42,295 bases of DNA from Candidatus Kappaea frigidicola (GCA_030765555.1 JAVCCI010000027.1:1-42295), one strand, 5' to 3'. Counted from the first letter of the stretch, positions 1 through 7,455 are shown. The notes: generated by a model not told the origin, from the sequence alone. Program-made: numbers and translations.

Positions 1-219
1 TCCCTAACGGTGTTATCAACTAAAGCCAAAGTACTTATTTGTCCGGCTATGCATGAAAATATGTATAAAAATAAAGTAGTAACTGAAAATATCAGCACCC
101 TAAAAAAAAGAGGTTACAAATTTTCTGGTCCCATAAAGGGTAAGCTTTTGAATAATAAATTAGCCATGGGGCATCTGCAGGAAATTAATCTGATTTTTAA
201 AAGTCTCAAACAGCTATAA
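1..219 (+). CDS. coaC: Phosphopantothenoylcysteine decarboxylase (CoaC flavoprotein domain), 5'-truncated by window edge
   Basis: Frame open from base 1; PAMHENMY matches the PAMNxxM motif of CoaC/HFCD proteins; immediately upstream of a CoaB domain. Confidence 0.85.
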   Translation, partial: SLTVLSTKAKVLICPAMHENMYKNKVVTENISTLKKRGYKFSGPIKGKLLNNKLAMGHLQEINLIFKSLKQL

Positions 220-220
220 T

Positions 221-865
221 ATGACACGGAAAAAAAGCCTCAATTTTTTGATTTCTGCTGGACCCACCAGAGAACCCATAGATCCCATAAGGTTTATTTC
301 TAATTATTCTACTGGATATTTAGGTTATGAAATGGCTAAAGCAGTAAAAAAACGGGGACATAAAGTTATTTTAGTGAGCGGGCCGGTAGCTCTAAAGAAA
401 CCCGCAGGTGTTAAGCGTATTGAGGTTACTACTGCCAAAGAGATGCTTAAATCCTTAAAAGATAATATAAGATGGGCTAATTGTCTGATAATGGCTGCGG
501 CAGTATCTGATTTTCGTGTAAAAAAAATTAATCAACAGAAAATCAAAAAGAATACTTTTGAACCATCTCTTCAACTAATAAAAAACCCAGATATACTAAA
601 ATGTCTTAAACCGTATAAAAAGGGCAAAATTTTTGTGGGCTTTGCTTTGGAGACTGAAAATCTATATGAGAATGCTAAAGCGAAACTTAAAAGCAAGGGT
701 TTAGATTTAATAGTGGCTAATCAGAAAAGCGGTAAATCAGCATGTTTTGGTGAAACGATTAACACCTACTATGTAATAGATAAGTCGTTTAATTGCAGTG
801 TGTTGAAAGATAAATCTAAAAGCTATATATCAAGGCATATAATTGACAAATCTTTTAACCTATGA
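221..865 (+). CDS. coaB: Phosphopantothenate--cysteine ligase (CoaB domain as separate gene)
   Basis: SAGPTREPIDPIRFISNYSTG, AAAVSDF, NPDIL and VGFALET motifs. Confidence 0.93.
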   Translation: MTRKKSLNFLISAGPTREPIDPIRFISNYSTGYLGYEMAKAVKKRGHKVILVSGPVALKKPAGVKRIEVTTAKEMLKSLKDNIRWANCLIMAAAVSDFRVKKINQQKIKKNTFEPSLQLIKNPDILKCLKPYKKGKIFVGFALETENLYENAKAKLKSKGLDLIVANQKSGKSACFGETINTYYVIDKSFNCSVLKDKSKSYISRHIIDKSFNL

Positions 866-871
866 TATAAT
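843..871 (+). promoter_or_regulatory. Consensus sigma70 promoter for the prepilin cluster, inside the coaB 3' end
   Basis: TTGACA (843-848), 17-bp spacer, TATAAT (866-871) preceded by TGn. Confidence 0.8.
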
Positions 872-920
872 TTAAATAACAAAGAAAAGGTATGATAAAT
901 TGGTTAAAATGAGGGTGTTG

Positions 921-1322
921 ATGGAGCGCCCGATAAATAGAAGTTATACATTAATTGAATTATTAATGTCGCTCTCTGTTATATTTATAATTTTAGGGCT
1001 TATGTTACCCAGTGTCTTCGGTGTTAACAGGCAAGCAGTAAAGACACAATGTGCTAATAATTTACGTCAGGCTTCACAAGTTTTAAATGCTTGGGCAATG
1101 AGCCATGATAATTTCCCCCAAGACTATAATGAGTTGGTTACCGAAGGGTACATAAGTAACCTTAGTGTTTTTAAATGCCCTTGCACTAACTCAATTAGTG
1201 ATTACGAGTTTCTAGTCAAGGGCAAATCAGTAAATAGTGTTGGGGCCAGTGAGGTTTTAATTCGTTGTAATCATTGTAGTATGTCTGTTTATATGGATAC
1301 TCACGTTGAACAAGATAAATAG
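921..1322 (+). CDS. Prepilin-type N-terminal cleavage/methylation protein (type IV pilin/pseudopilin-like)
   Basis: RS|YTLIELL plus hydrophobic helix, CANNLRQ, FKCP, C-terminal YMDTHV; ATG 921 follows GAGGG (ORF track starts at 900). Confidence 0.85.
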   Translation: MERPINRSYTLIELLMSLSVIFIILGLMLPSVFGVNRQAVKTQCANNLRQASQVLNAWAMSHDNFPQDYNELVTEGYISNLSVFKCPCTNSISDYEFLVKGKSVNSVGASEVLIRCNHCSMSVYMDTHVEQDK

Positions 1323-1352
1323 AAAATTTCATTAAAGAAGGAGGTGGACAAG

Positions 1353-1760
1353 ATGAAAAGTAAAAAAGGTTTTACACTCGTCGAGTTGATGATTGTTATG
1401 GTTATTATAGGTATTTTGTTAAGCCTGTTACTTCCGGGTGTATTTACAGCTCGTCAGGAAGCCTTAAAGACTCAGGTAGCCAGTAACATGCGCCAGATAG
1501 GTATTGCTCTATATGCTCATGCTAAGAATAATTCTGGAGAGTTACCTGCTACTTTAGCTGCTTTGGATCCCGAATATATTGAAGGCATGTCTGACATTAA
1601 TACTAATATTGATGGCAATGCATTCACTTACGAGTATGAAGATGCTAGCGGCAATCTTTATAGTTTGAAAGCAAGCGATGTATTAGTTACTGATGATGAC
1701 GGTGATAATGCGACTGATTATGAACTTCGAGCTGATGGTGCTGTTGATACATCTCCATAG
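1353..1760 (+). CDS. Prepilin-type N-terminal cleavage/methylation protein
   Basis: KKG|FTLVELMIV, SNMRQIGIAL; AAGGAGGT SD before ATG 1353. Confidence 0.9.
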   Translation: MKSKKGFTLVELMIVMVIIGILLSLLLPGVFTARQEALKTQVASNMRQIGIALYAHAKNNSGELPATLAALDPEYIEGMSDINTNIDGNAFTYEYEDASGNLYSLKASDVLVTDDDGDNATDYELRADGAVDTSP

Positions 1761-1788
1761 TTAATGGTCACTAGCAGTTGTTAAGAAT

Positions 1789-1827
1789 GTAAAAAGCACT
1801 TAAGGAGTAGCTTTAAGTGCTTTTTAC
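1789..1827 (+). terminator. Intrinsic (possibly bidirectional) terminator
   Basis: GTAAAAAGCACTTAAGG-agtag-CTTTAAGTGCTTTTTAC inverted repeat with T tract. Confidence 0.75.
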
Positions 1828-1861
1828 CTAATATTAGCCGATCGGCTGATATGTTAATTTT

Positions 1862-2296
1862 ATGCCCGGAGATGGAATTTTGAAGAGGAAGCTAAAAAGT
1901 TTTACTTTAGTTGAACTTATGATAGTTGTAGTTATTATAAGTATCTTGATTAGCCTTAGTTTAACAGGTATATTCATTGGCCAGCAACAGGCTCTTGAAA
2001 CAAGAACAATGAGTAATTTAAGGCAATGCTCTATAGCTATTTATAGTTATGCTAAAAATAATGGGGGTGACTGCCCTAATAACTGGTCAGACTTAACTGC
2101 GGGGTCAAATCCTTACCTTGATAGCCTTGAGGTTACTAAAAACGGCAAAGGCATTACCTTTAATCTTGATTGTGCTGGACTTAATATGTATCAGATGTCT
2201 TTGGGTGAAGCCTTAGCTAGTGATTCTCTAGGTGAAGATCCCTCAAATCAGGCTGTTTATGGCGATGGACACGTTGCTATAATGGGTGGAACCTAA
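1862..2296 (+). CDS. Prepilin-type N-terminal cleavage/methylation protein
   Basis: KS|FTLVELMIV, SNLRQ, C-terminal YGDGHV; true start may be TTG 1880 after GGAG. Confidence 0.88.
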   Translation: MPGDGILKRKLKSFTLVELMIVVVIISILISLSLTGIFIGQQQALETRTMSNLRQCSIAIYSYAKNNGGDCPNNWSDLTAGSNPYLDSLEVTKNGKGITFNLDCAGLNMYQMSLGEALASDSLGEDPSNQAVYGDGHVAIMGGT

Positions 2297-2339
2297 TTAA
2301 TAACCATATTTATGGAAGTTTATATTAGATTACCAATAC

Positions 2340-2372
2340 AGCACTTAGGTTAATATTCCTAAGTGCTTTTTT
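2340..2372 (+). terminator. Intrinsic terminator
   Basis: AGCACTTAGG-ttaatatt-CCTAAGTGCT followed by T run. Confidence 0.8.
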
Positions 2373-2375
2373 CAC

Positions 2376-2403
2376 TTGACTTTTCGCTTTTAAGTGATAA
2401 ATT
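2376..2403 (+). promoter_or_regulatory. Putative sigma70 promoter for the LAGLIDADG-tRNA transcript
   Basis: TTGACT, 16 bp, TAAATT with upstream TGn, directly after the terminator. Confidence 0.5.
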
Positions 2404-2465
2404 GGTATCAAGTTTATATTTAGAGACTATATAGTATTACTGGCACGCAGTTAAAGGAGTAAAAT

Positions 2466-3140
2466 GTGGGAATAAAATATAAGGTTAATAGAGATATCTT
2501 TAAAACATGGTCCCGAACAATGGCATACGTTTTGGGGCTTTGGTTTGCTGATGGTAGCCTTGAAGACGCATGGTATATTAGAGGTAAATATATTAGGTTT
2601 GTAAGTACAGATTATAGTTTGACATTATCAGTTAAGCACATTTTAGCAGCACAGCATCCAATAAAAATACTACCTCCTACTACAAAAAATGGCAAGAGGA
2701 AATATTTCATAAGGATAGGTGATCACGAGATTTATACTGATCTTGAAAAATTAGGGGTTCATCCGAACAAATCACTTACCATGAAATTTCCTCAAGTTCC
2801 TATTGATTTTCTTTCTGATTTTGTGCGCGGATATTTAGATGGTGACGGATGTGTACATATAGAAAAAGCTAAAAGAAGAATTAAGGTTATTTTTACGTCT
2901 GGGAGTAAGAATTTTTTGCAAGCTCTTTCTTTAACTCTTTCAAAATCATGCAAATTGATACATAATAAAGTATTTGATAGCCATAGAAGCTATCAGTTGC
3001 GCTATGCATCTGCGGAAGCATTAAAATTATTAAACTATCTCTATGATGACCTTAAAAAAGACATTCCATATTTAAATAGAAAATATCAAATATTTCAGAG
3101 ATATTTGTTAGAACGAAAGGCGGTATGCCCAAGCGGTTAA
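2466..3140 (+). CDS. Free-standing two-motif LAGLIDADG homing endonuclease family protein
   Basis: AYVLGLWFADGS and DFVRGYLDGDGC helices, LGVHPNKSL linker, YLNRKY tail; AAAGGAG SD before GTG. Confidence 0.9.
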   Translation: MGIKYKVNRDIFKTWSRTMAYVLGLWFADGSLEDAWYIRGKYIRFVSTDYSLTLSVKHILAAQHPIKILPPTTKNGKRKYFIRIGDHEIYTDLEKLGVHPNKSLTMKFPQVPIDFLSDFVRGYLDGDGCVHIEKAKRRIKVIFTSGSKNFLQALSLTLSKSCKLIHNKVFDSHRSYQLRYASAEALKLLNYLYDDLKKDIPYLNRKYQIFQRYLLERKAVCPSG

Positions 3141-3194
3141 GGGGACGGTCTGCAAAACCGTTATTCATCGGTTCGAATCCGATTGCCGCCTCCA
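3119..3194 (+). tRNA. tRNA-Cys (GCA)
   Basis: GGCGGTA/TGCCGCC acceptor stem, ACGGT-ctGCAaa-ACCGT anticodon arm, GGTTCGAATCC T arm, U73 and encoded CCA. Confidence 0.97.
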
Positions 3195-3215
3195 GTAAAT
3201 ATTAATTTTTTATAA

Positions 3216-3302
3216 GGGCGAGTGGTGGAATGGCAGACACGTGGGACTTAAAATCCCATGGATGAATAATCCGTGTGGGTTCGACTCCCACCTCGCCCAC
3301 CA
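3216..3302 (+). tRNA. tRNA-Leu (TAA)
   Basis: GGGCGAG/CTCGCCC acceptor stem, TGGGA-ctTAAaa-TCCCA anticodon arm, long variable arm, GGTTCGACTCC, CCA. Confidence 0.97.
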
Positions 3303-3611
3303 TTCTACTTCGCCAAGCAACTTTCGTCCTTGGCTTCGTAGGAATGCGAAAATGTAAGCCCGAGTGCATGGCAAATGGCTAAGGGCATATAAAAAACAAT
3401 AACCAAGACAAAACAGGATTAATCCCGCCAGAGGCGGACAGGGATTAAGACGCTCATTATTGACAAATTGTTGGTGAGCTCTAAGGATTAAGTAAAAAGC
3501 AAAAAAACATAGAAAAAAACAAAAAGATAATTATTCGCTTGTGACTTATGACTGGTGTCTTGTGACTTGTGTTTTGTAACTTGTGACTTAAATATTAGAA
3601 TGAGCGAAGGT
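3303..3611 (+). repeat. Heptamer-arm intergenic element, copy A, with tRNA-trailer hairpin
   Basis: GGATTAAGACGCTCA...GTGAGCTCTAAGGATTAAG module, A-rich core, seven CTTGTGA-type units at 3538-3586, GAATGAGCGAA end. Confidence 0.85.
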
Positions 3612-3612
3612 G

Positions 3613-3689
3613 GGGCGCATGGCGCAGTTGGTTAGCGTGCTTGCATGACATGCAAGAGGTCATAGGTTCGAATCCTATTGTGCCCACCA
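3613..3689 (+). tRNA. tRNA-Val (GAC)
   Basis: GGGCGCA/TGTGCCC acceptor stem, CTTGC-atGACat-GCAAG anticodon arm, GGTTCGAATCC, CCA. Confidence 0.97.
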
Positions 3690-3940
3690 TTCTACTTCGC
3701 CAAGCAACTTTCGTCCTTGGCTTCGTAGGAATGCGGAAATGTAAGAGCGGGTGCATGGCAAATAGCTAATAGCTAATAGCGAAGGGCTAAGGGCAAATAG
3801 CGTAGAGCGGATAAAAAAACAATAACCAAGACAAAACAGGATTAAGAATTAAGGATTAAGTTAGAAGCAGGATTTGAGTACAGAATTAAGTAAAAAAACT
3901 TAATTCTTAGAGCGAATAAAATGAGCGTCTTAATCCTAAT
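3690..3940 (+). repeat. Heptamer-arm intergenic element, copy B (empty cassette)
   Basis: Eight GCTAATA-type units at 3758-3813, GGATTAA units, right arm 3899-3934 matches 7025-7060 at 35/36. Confidence 0.85.
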
Positions 3941-3954
3941 CGAGGAAATACGTT

Positions 3955-5661
3955 ATGAAGTTAGATACTCTAAGGCATTCAGCCTCGCACGTTATGGCTC
4001 AGGCCGTAAAAAGCATGTATAAAAATGTAAAGCTGGGGATAGGTCCGTCAATCGAGAATGGGTTTTATTATGATTTTGATCTTGATCAACCCATAAAAGA
4101 AGAGGATTTGCCTCGCATTGAAAAGAAAATGCGTGAAATTATAAAGAAGAACTATAAATTTGAAAAAGAGACTATTTCTAAAGATGAAGCCAAAAGACTC
4201 TTTAAAGATTTAAATGAGACGTATAAATTAGAATTGATTGATGAGCTTGAGGATGGAGAAATCTCTATATATAAAGATGGTGATTTTATTGATCTCTGTA
4301 AAGGGCCTCACCTTAATTCGACTGCTGAGATAGGGCATTTCAAGCTTTTAAATGTAGCCGGAGCTTATTGGAGGGGAAGCGAAAAGAATCCGCAGCTTAC
4401 TCGAATATACGCTACAGCTTTTGAAACAAAAAAAGAATTAGACGATTATTTGAATAGGCTTGAAGAAGCTAAAAAGAGAGATCACCGAAAAGGATTTGCT
4501 CTAGGATATTTTAGTATGCATCAGGAAGTTGGGCCAGGCTTGGTGGTATATCATCCTAAGGGAGCCTTATTGAGAAGTCTCATCGTGGATTATTTAAAAA
4601 ATGAGCACCTCAGACGTGGTTATCAGATGGTTTTAGGGCCCCACATAATGAAGTCGGATATCTGGAAGACTTCCGGGCATGCTGATTTTTACAAGGAAAA
4701 TATGTATTTCTTTGATATAGAAGGGCAAGAGTATGTGGTTAAGCCCATGAATTGTCCTGCGCATATTTTAGTTTACGCATCAAAGATTAGAAGTTATAAT
4801 GATTTACCTATAAGGTTCTTTGAGTTGGGTACTGTTTACAGGCATGAGAAGTCAGGAGTTTTACACGGACTGCTTAGGGTTAGAGGCTTTACACAGGATG
4901 ATGCACATATTTTTTGCATGCGAAATCAGCTGCAAGAAGAGATAGTGGGGGTAATCAAATTTGTTAAAGCTGTCATGGCTAACTTTGGGTTTACTGATTA
5001 CGAATACGAAGTTAGTACTCGTCCTGAAAAATATATCGGCTTAGAGCATGATTGGGATAATGCCGAAAAGATACTTATTCAATCATTAGAAGCTGAGGGT
5101 GAAAAATTTGACATCAATGAAAAAGATGGAGCTTTTTACGGTCCCAAGATAGATATTAAGATTAAAGATGCCTTGGGAAGACCATGGCAGTGCGCAACTA
5201 TTCAATGTGATTTTGCTCTGCCGGAACGCTTCGATTTATCATACATAGATAATCAAGGTAAGAAGCAGCGTCCCGTTATGCTACATAGAGTAATCGTAGG
5301 CAGTATAGAGCGCTTTATGGGTGTGCTGCTGGAACATTATGATTTTGATTTACCTTTATGGTTGGCGCCGGTTCAGATAAGGATGCTTCCGGTTACATCA
5401 AGAGCTCAAGAGTTCGCGTTGGAAGTTAGTGAGAAATTGAATACTACCTATAGAGTTGAAGTTGATTTAAATAATGAAACCCTAGGTAATAAAATTAGAA
5501 AAGCACAACAGGAAAAAATTCCTTATATGGTTATTTTGGGTGACCGAGAAATAAAGAATAATACTCTTTCGATTAGATCGCTAAAAAAAGGTGATTTAGG
5601 TAATATTAATTTAGATGAATTTGTAAAAGTATTGGCCGAGGATTTATTGAACAGGAGGTGA
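3955..5661 (+). CDS. thrS: Threonine--tRNA ligase (no N-terminal TGS domain)
   Basis: RHSASH, DLCKGPH, RDHRK, KPMNCP, FTQDDAH, GAFYGPKID motifs. Confidence 0.98.
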   Translation: MKLDTLRHSASHVMAQAVKSMYKNVKLGIGPSIENGFYYDFDLDQPIKEEDLPRIEKKMREIIKKNYKFEKETISKDEAKRLFKDLNETYKLELIDELEDGEISIYKDGDFIDLCKGPHLNSTAEIGHFKLLNVAGAYWRGSEKNPQLTRIYATAFETKKELDDYLNRLEEAKKRDHRKGFALGYFSMHQEVGPGLVVYHPKGALLRSLIVDYLKNEHLRRGYQMVLGPHIMKSDIWKTSGHADFYKENMYFFDIEGQEYVVKPMNCPAHILVYASKIRSYNDLPIRFFELGTVYRHEKSGVLHGLLRVRGFTQDDAHIFCMRNQLQEEIVGVIKFVKAVMANFGFTDYEYEVSTRPEKYIGLEHDWDNAEKILIQSLEAEGEKFDINEKDGAFYGPKIDIKIKDALGRPWQCATIQCDFALPERFDLSYIDNQGKKQRPVMLHRVIVGSIERFMGVLLEHYDFDLPLWLAPVQIRMLPVTSRAQEFALEVSEKLNTTYRVEVDLNNETLGNKIRKAQQEKIPYMVILGDREIKNNTLSIRSLKKGDLGNINLDEFVKVLAEDLLNRR

Positions 5662-5668
5662 GAGTTCC

Positions 5669-6181
5669 ATTTCTAGCGAAGCAAGAATAAATAGATTTAT
5701 TAGGGCTAGCAAAGTAAGAGTTGTAGGTAAAGAAGGAGAACAAATTGGTATTCTCTCTATTGAAGATGCCCTTAAGAAGGCGCAGGATGTAGAGCTTGAT
5801 TTAGTTGAGGTTGCCCCTTCAGCTGATCCACCAGTTTGTCGTATAATGGATTATTCTAAATATAAGTATGAACAATCCAAGAGGGCTAAAGAAGCAAAGA
5901 AAAACCAAAAAATAATTGACTTAAAAGAAATTAAGTTTAAGCCAAAAATCGAAGAGCATGATTATCAAGTTAAATTAGCCAAAGCTATTAATTTTTTAAA
6001 AAAAGATGAAAGAGTAAAAGTGAGTTTGCGCTACCGTGGTAGAGAAGTAACTCATCCTGAAATTGGCAAACGACTTTTAGATAGATTTGTTAGTGATGTT
6101 AGCCAGTATGGCGAACTAGCAAAAGAGCCCAATCAAATGGGTAAAACCATTATGATGTTTATTGATCCAAAAAAAAAGTAG
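5669..6181 (+). CDS. infC: Translation initiation factor IF-3, ATT start codon
   Basis: AGGAGGTG SD (5653-5660) then ATT 5669 in frame; extension reads SSEARINRFIRASKVRVV...DLVEVAPSADPPVCRIMDY (IF3 N-domain) ahead of the annotated 5846 ATG. Confidence 0.95.
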   Translation: MSSEARINRFIRASKVRVVGKEGEQIGILSIEDALKKAQDVELDLVEVAPSADPPVCRIMDYSKYKYEQSKRAKEAKKNQKIIDLKEIKFKPKIEEHDYQVKLAKAINFLKKDERVKVSLRYRGREVTHPEIGKRLLDRFVSDVSQYGELAKEPNQMGKTIMMFIDPKKK

Positions 6182-6211
6182 CTTATTTAGAGTAAAGGAA
6201 GGATAACTTGA

Positions 6212-6409
6212 ATGCCAAAACTTAAAACAAATAAAGGGACGGCTAAGCGTTTCAAAGTAACCAAAAACGGTAAAATTAAACGCAATAAAGCTGGTAGTAG
6301 TCACATTTTAAGTAAAAAAACTAGAAAAAGAAAAAGAAGCTTAAGGCGGGGTGCAATGGTCGATCAGAAAGATGAAAAACGATTAAAGCAGTTATTACCC
6401 TATAGTTAA
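6212..6409 (+). CDS. rpmI: 50S ribosomal protein L35
   Basis: [17 protein letters not shown]; infC-rpmI-rplT order. Confidence 0.98.
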   Translation: MPKLKTNKGTAKRFKVTKNGKIKRNKAGSSHILSKKTRKRKRSLRRGAMVDQKDEKRLKQLLPYS

Positions 6410-6437
6410 TAAAAATTTTTTAAGGAGGAATTGAATT

Positions 6438-6806
6438 ATGCCTAAAGTAAAACATGCGCCTGCATCAAAGAAAAGAAAAAAGCGGGTGCTAAAGGCGGTA
6501 AAGGGTGCTAGAGGCGGGCGTAGTAAGCTTATCATAAGCGCCAAAGAAACTCTTAATAGAGCGCTTGCCTATGCATATAGGGATCGTAAGGTTAAGAAGA
6601 GGGAATATAGAACTCTCTGGATAACTAGAATTACAGCAGCTTGCAAGTTGCATGCTATAGGTTATTCAAAATTTATTAATGGATTAACTAAGGTCAAGAT
6701 TGTTTTGAATAGGAAAATGTTGGCTGAAGTTGCTGCAACTGATGACAACGCTTTTTCAAAACTAGTAAAATTAGTTAAAGAATCAGGATTAAAAAAGCAG
6801 GATTAA
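6438..6806 (+). CDS. rplT: 50S ribosomal protein L20
   Basis: AYAYRDRKVKKREYRTLWITRI, LNRKMLAEVA. Confidence 0.98.
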   Translation: MPKVKHAPASKKRKKRVLKAVKGARGGRSKLIISAKETLNRALAYAYRDRKVKKREYRTLWITRITAACKLHAIGYSKFINGLTKVKIVLNRKMLAEVAATDDNAFSKLVKLVKESGLKKQD

Positions 6807-7090
6807 GGATTAAGACGCTCACGATTGACGAATTGTTAGTGAGCTTAAAGGATTAAGTAAAAAGCAAAATCAAGTGAAATATAGGATTAAGAAAATAAAT
6901 GAAAACTTTTAAGGATCTTATTATATTAAGTAATGATTTAAATTATCTGGATGAAGCTGCAAGTGATAAAGTAAATAGCATGTGTGAGGAAATAGGAAAA
7001 ATGCTTTATGGTTTACAGAATAAGCTTAATCCTTAGAGCGAATAAAATGAGCGTCTTAATTCTTAGAGTGAGCGAATGCGAACGTCTTGA
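6800..7090 (+). mobile_element. Heptamer-arm element, copy C: inverted-repeat cassette enclosing a four-helix-bundle remnant
   Basis: TAAGGATTAAGACGCTCA (6804-6821) is inverted at 7048-7065 (17/18); ends AGAGTGAGCGAATGCGAACGTCTTGA; mobility is inferred. Confidence 0.65.
6899..7036 (+). pseudogene. Internally deleted four helix bundle protein (23S rRNA IVP / TIGR02436-like) remnant, 45 aa
   Basis: MKTFKDLI-ILSNDLNYLDEAASDKVNSMCEEIGKMLYGLQNKLNP*: family-like N-terminus (FxDLxVW) joined to the last helices (DLxYL...EEIGKML) with the middle missing; recognised by eye. Confidence 0.75.
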
Positions 7091-7142
7091 TAGTTAATTA
7101 TTTAAAGTATCTAATAGGTATAATATATAAGGAGGTAGAACT

Positions 7143-7451
7143 ATGAATAAAGCTATAATAATGGCAAAAATCAAAAGACAGCAAGCAGAATTAGGTGAAA
7201 TCATAGCTGAAATCAGCAAAGATAGAAGGTTGAATAATATTTTGCGTGTGTTAGAGGTAAGGTATAGGGAAACAGAGCAGCTTTTAGATGCTATGGGTGA
7301 TAAGAGTTATATTCCAAAAGGTATTGAGGACTTAGATGCTCTTGATGAAATTAAAATAACAGAAAAGAAAATCGGTAAGATTAAAACCAGCATTAAGAAA
7401 ATGAAGCAACTGGACAAAGAAAAGAAGAAAATAGAAAAGAAGCTGAAATAA
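7143..7451 (+). CDS. Hypothetical Lys-rich coiled-coil protein
   Basis: AAGGAGGT SD, 102-aa ORF ending 4 bp before pheS; no family recognised. Confidence 0.75.
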   Translation: MNKAIIMAKIKRQQAELGEIIAEISKDRRLNNILRVLEVRYRETEQLLDAMGDKSYIPKGIEDLDALDEIKITEKKIGKIKTSIKKMKQLDKEKKKIEKKLK

Positions 7452-7455
7452 TTTT

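Noticed and set aside
2420-2520. Group I intron core (AGAGACTATA and ATGGTCC resembling P7) around the LAGLIDADG gene
   Set aside because: No 5' exon or room for P1-P6 after the promoter; the second motif is explained by the conserved W-S codons; tRNA-Cys is intact
3295-3735. attL/attR of an integrated element at a tRNA 3' end
   Set aside because: Both copies follow complete, different tRNAs, most of the duplication lies outside the tRNA, and no integrase is present
3690-3954. T-box leader before thrS
   Set aside because: No T-box consensus or antiterminator recognised; the sequence is repeat copy B
6899-7036. Diversity-generating retroelement (Avd-like gene)
   Set aside because: No reverse transcriptase and no TR/VR pair with adenine-specific mismatches seen in the window
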